Of a DNA stretch of 37,541 nucleotides, positions 35,083-37,541 are shown piece after piece. The notes under the pieces were generated by a model. The model ran no database searches, was not told the DNA's origin, and saw only the letters and a list, made by a program, of their open reading frames with translations. Position 1 is the stretch's first letter. Each line of letters starts with the position of its first letter. The DNA comes from a virus (taxonomy: Duplodnaviria; Caudoviricetes). Both the position numbers and the translations under genes were made by a program. The stretch covers positions 1 through 37,541 of the IMG/VR virus record IMGVR_UViG_3300018080_000069; one strand, given 5' to 3'.

Positions 35083-35375
35083 TGGATCATCACCTGTTGA
35101 CTGAGTGTGTCGAGCAGATCGTCGATCCGCCGGTCGTCCCGGCGGTCCTCGACCAGCGCCACCGACCGGCGCAGCGATTTGCGGTCGCGCCGCGTCACCC
35201 GCGCCAGCGCGTGCAGCGAGCAGCCGCAGGCGCAATGCGCGAGATAGACATCGGCAGAGCAGCGCCCGCCGATGTCAGCCCGGGCGACGAGCTCCCGGCA
35301 GTGCTCCAGCGCGCGGCTGGCGTAGAGGGTATTGGCGATGCGACGGTGCGCGCCGCGGGCAAGTGTCAGCGACAT
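35079..35375 (-). CDS. DnaA C-terminal-like HTH regulator (GafY-like)
   Basis: VYLAHCACGCSLHALARVTRRDRKSLRRSVALVEDRRDDRRIDDLLDTL fits the YLAH..G.SL..A....RDR........VED.RDD pattern. Confidence 0.7.
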   Translation of the reverse strand: MSLTLARGAHRRIANTLYASRALEHCRELVARADIGGRCSADVYLAHCACGCSLHALARVTRRDRKSLRRSVALVEDRRDDRRIDDLLDTLSQQVMIQ

Positions 35376-35446
35376 GACGGCTCCAGCCGGTCAGGAAGCA
35401 CAACGCAGCCGCGACAGGCGGCAACTAACGCCCGGCATGCCGGAGA

Positions 35447-35701
35447 CTAGGGATTGGCCGAGATCCGCTCGCTGAATTTCGGCTGCAGGGACAGGAACAC
35501 CTCGCGCTCGATCTCATCCATCGCCTGAGTGAGCTTCCCCAAGTCGCGCTGCAGCACTTTGAGCGTCGGCGAAACGTCGCCGGAACGCCAGCGGCTGATC
35601 GTATGCCGCCGCACGCCCGCCCGCTTGCAGACAGCAGCCAGCGAAAGATTGACCGCTTCCGCCCGTTGCTCGATGAGATCTATGTGCTCGCTCGGTTCCA
35701 T
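35447..35701 (-). CDS. Cro-like XRE HTH regulator
   Basis: LSLAAVCKRAGVRRHTISRWRSGDVSPTL; divergent from the CI-like gene; ATG at 35701 with TTGACA at 35739-35734, possibly leaderless. Confidence 0.85.
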   Translation of the reverse strand: MEPSEHIDLIEQRAEAVNLSLAAVCKRAGVRRHTISRWRSGDVSPTLKVLQRDLGKLTQAMDEIEREVFLSLQPKFSERISANP

Positions 35702-35710
35702 TAATGCGAC
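35695..35710. promoter_or_regulatory. Putative repressor operator overlapping the cro start
   Basis: GTTCCATTAATGCGAC, a 14/16 match to the palindrome at 36706-36721. Confidence 0.7.
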
Positions 35711-35804
35711 AAGAAAAGCGAACCGGTGCGCTCTGTCAAGGCGCTTTAACAGGACGTGCAATAATCCGATGTGGAGATCATGGTGCGCTCAAAAGAGACC
35801 AGAT

Positions 35805-36371
35805 ATGGATCATCAGCAAGCACACAACCTTGCGCAGCAGCGCGTGCGCCTGTATTTGCAGGCGGTCTTGACGGAGACAGGATGGAGTGCCCCCGAGCTC
35901 GCGCGCCGCGCAGGCATATCGCGCTCGACGCTGCACCGCGCGCTCACCGAGGACACTTTCACGACCAGCACGACGACGCTGGAAAAGATTGCGCGCGCCA
36001 GCGGCATCAACCTGCCCGGCACGCGCGCCGCGACGACAGCCCGCGAGCTGCTGCCCGACGAAAATGTCACCGGCGATCAGCTCGCGCCCCATCAGTCCTG
36101 GCAGCGCGTCACCACTGATCTTCTCGTGCGCGCCGGCATCATGCCTGGCGATATACTGCTGCTCGACGCCCAGGCCACCCCGCGCCAGGGCGACATCGTC
36201 GAAGCGGAAATCGTCACGGCCGCCGGCGCGCACACCGCGCTCCGTCTCTATGACGCGCCCTACCTCGTGACGCGCGCCGCCGGCGACGACGAGAAGCCGG
36301 TGCTGGTCGACGGCGAGCGCGTCATGATCCGCGCAGTCGTCGTCGAACGGCGCTGGCGCCGGCCCGCATGA
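35805..36371 (+). CDS. CI-like repressor (XRE HTH plus degenerate S24 domain)
   Basis: WSAPELARRAGISRSTLHR HTH; QRVTTDLLVRAGIMPGDILLLD...P.QGDIV S24-like domain without the catalytic Ser/Lys. Confidence 0.85.
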   Translation: MDHQQAHNLAQQRVRLYLQAVLTETGWSAPELARRAGISRSTLHRALTEDTFTTSTTTLEKIARASGINLPGTRAATTARELLPDENVTGDQLAPHQSWQRVTTDLLVRAGIMPGDILLLDAQATPRQGDIVEAEIVTAAGAHTALRLYDAPYLVTRAAGDDEKPVLVDGERVMIRAVVVERRWRRPA

Positions 36372-36609
36372 GCCGGCCCGCACCCCACGCCGCCGCGCAC
36401 CACACGACCGTTGCCAGATAGCGCGCCGCCAGCAGCGCGCCGGACAGCTCCCGCCCGTCCGCATGCATCCGCGCCGCCATGAAGGCAACCGGCACCGCCG
36501 CCAGAACCAGCACCCAGGCCAGCCGCTGCCGGTCAAGGCCGAGGATCACGCTCAGCACGATTGCGACCGACGCGACCGACGCGAGCGACACCGCCACCAT
36601 CAATTCCAT
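36322..36609 (-). CDS. Small three-TM membrane protein convergent with CI
   Basis: GGAG RBS before ATG 36609; three hydrophobic segments; overlaps the CI 3' end by 50 bp. Confidence 0.55.
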   Translation of the reverse strand: MELMVAVSLASVASVAIVLSVILGLDRQRLAWVLVLAAVPVAFMAARMHADGRELSGALLAARYLATVVWCAAAWGAGRLMRAGASAVRRRLRGS

Positions 36610-36705
36610 CTCTTTCTCCACATGCATTCACGACTACAAACCCTTGAAAATACACACAGTACACGAAATCTCAGCGTGCGGAAGTCCGATTTAATCACCT
36701 TTTTT

Positions 36706-36721
36706 GTTCCATTAATGGAAC
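36706..36721. promoter_or_regulatory. Putative repressor operator upstream of the early rightward operon
   Basis: Perfect 16-bp palindrome GTTCCATTAATGGAAC in AT-rich intergenic DNA. Confidence 0.72.
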
Positions 36722-36869
36722 TTTTTTGTTGCATTCTCCATCCGGGCCGACTTAATCTCCCTTCGTGTCCAGCCGGTGGCCTTCGGGCTGCCCTAGATGT
36801 CGAGAGAGGCGCGGCATTGATGGGGCGGGGGCCGGCTGGACCAACCAACCGCAGCAGTGGAGAGACTGG

Positions 36870-37088
36870 ATGCACATCAAGCTCAACCATCAACCGCACA
36901 AGATCTTCAATCACGGCATCATCACCTACGAAGCGCTTGTGGCCGCCGCCGGTGCGCATTGGGGCGCGCCCGTGAAGGTTTGGAATGCGCGGGGCCGCAT
37001 TCACGGCCCGCTCTATCCCGGCCAGCGTGTCATCTGCACCCGGCGCACCCGCGTCACCGTGCTGCCATCACGGGAGCCCCGGCGATGA
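36870..37088 (+). CDS. Small early protein resembling a multi-ubiquitin (beta-grasp) domain
   Basis: GGAGAG RBS; IKLN...ITYEALVAAA...VKVW...GPLYPGQRV...RVTV resembles the Multi_ubiq pattern (judged by eye). Confidence 0.5.
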   Translation: MHIKLNHQPHKIFNHGIITYEALVAAAGAHWGAPVKVWNARGRIHGPLYPGQRVICTRRTRVTVLPSREPRR

Positions 37089-37348
37089 GCGAGCAACAGG
37101 ATTATCCGACTTTCGCCGAGATCGACGCCCGCAATGTGCGCTTCGCGATGCTGGTCGCCGCCGCGTGGTGCATCTGCGCGTGGCTGATGTTCATTGCCTG
37201 GCGGAACATGGAGCGGGCCGCGCCGGCACCCATGCGCGTGATCTATCTGGCCAGCGAGCAGCCGTGCGATGCGCGCCGCAAGCCGCGCACCCGGCTTGCC
37301 GTCACCGGCTGCTATCCGCGCCGCGTCTGCGCAGAGGAGGCGATCTGA
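37085..37348 (+). CDS. Small single-TM protein (87 aa)
   Basis: ATGA overlap with the upstream gene; hydrophobic FAMLVAAAWCICAWLMFIAW. Confidence 0.65.
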   Translation: MSEQQDYPTFAEIDARNVRFAMLVAAAWCICAWLMFIAWRNMERAAPAPMRVIYLASEQPCDARRKPRTRLAVTGCYPRRVCAEEAI

Positions 37349-37541
37349 TGCCGTATCCCAATTTCACGATGTCCGAGCTGGCGCAGGAAATCGGCCGCAG
37401 GCCGAGCTGGTTGTCGAACAACTGGCGCAGGGAAGTCGAGCGGGGGAAGCTGCCGCCGCCCATCATGGGCGGCGGCGGCTCAGGCGACCCTCCGATCTGG
37501 TCACGCGCGCACGTCTATGCCTATTTCGACCAGAACTTGCC
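37348..37541 (+). CDS. Excisionase/AlpA-like HTH protein, 5' part (continues across the junction to 217; 106 aa total)
   Basis: ATG at 37348 overlaps the upstream stop, with a GAGGAGG RBS. MSELAQEIGRRPSWL...GKLPPP...PIWSRAHVYAYF is the Xis/AlpA pattern; lies upstream of the integrase. Confidence 0.7.
   Translation, partial: MPYPNFTMSELAQEIGRRPSWLSNNWRREVERGKLPPPIMGGGGSGDPPIWSRAHVYAYFDQNL
37452..37541. repeat. Terminal direct repeat, copy 2
   Basis: Identical to 1-90. Confidence 0.97.

Larger units (their letters stand above)
1..37541. mobile_element. Complete temperate phage genome with T7/BPP-1-like podoviral morphogenesis module and lambdoid-style regulation
   Basis: Integrase plus attP, CI/Cro switch, primase/helicase, terminases, head-to-tail connector, capsid, tail tubular A/B, internal virion proteins, lysis genes and tail fibre; circular ends. 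Confidence 0.95.

Noticed and set aside
36691-36757. CtrA binding sites
   Set aside because: Only isolated TTAA half-sites; no TTAA-N7-TTAA spacing.

Overview
The window is a complete, circularly permuted genome of a temperate podovirus-type phage. Bases 1-90 repeat exactly at 37452-37541, giving a unit length of about 37,451 bp. It appears to be the excised form: a tyrosine integrase is followed by an intact attP carrying the 3' half of tRNA-Thr(UGU). The host is probably a high-GC alphaproteobacterium (inference). Most genes are on the minus strand: Cro-like and GafY/DnaA-C-like regulators, primase, helicase, a repeat-rich putative origin, TerS/TerL, portal, scaffold, capsid, T7-like tail tubular proteins, four internal virion proteins, an AT-richer accessory island (serine recombinase, RHH protein and a plus-strand C5-MTase-like gene), lysis genes, tail fibre and chaperone. 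No DNA or RNA polymerase, reverse transcriptase or CRISPR array is visible. The most striking feature is in the 1538-aa polyvalent internal virion protein. An AT-richer ADP-ribosyltransferase-like domain sits between two in-frame 41-bp direct repeats 456 bp apart, each containing a 12-4-12 palindrome, so it looks like an excisable effector-domain cassette. Other highlights are a possible ubiquitin-like early protein lacking a C-terminal Gly, a recurring AGG-C7-...-TAnnnT late-promoter motif with a candidate activator, a tail-fibre-chaperone paralogue fused to a carbohydrate-binding module, and a CI repressor that appears unable to self-cleave. All family assignments come from motif recognition by eye; no searches were run.
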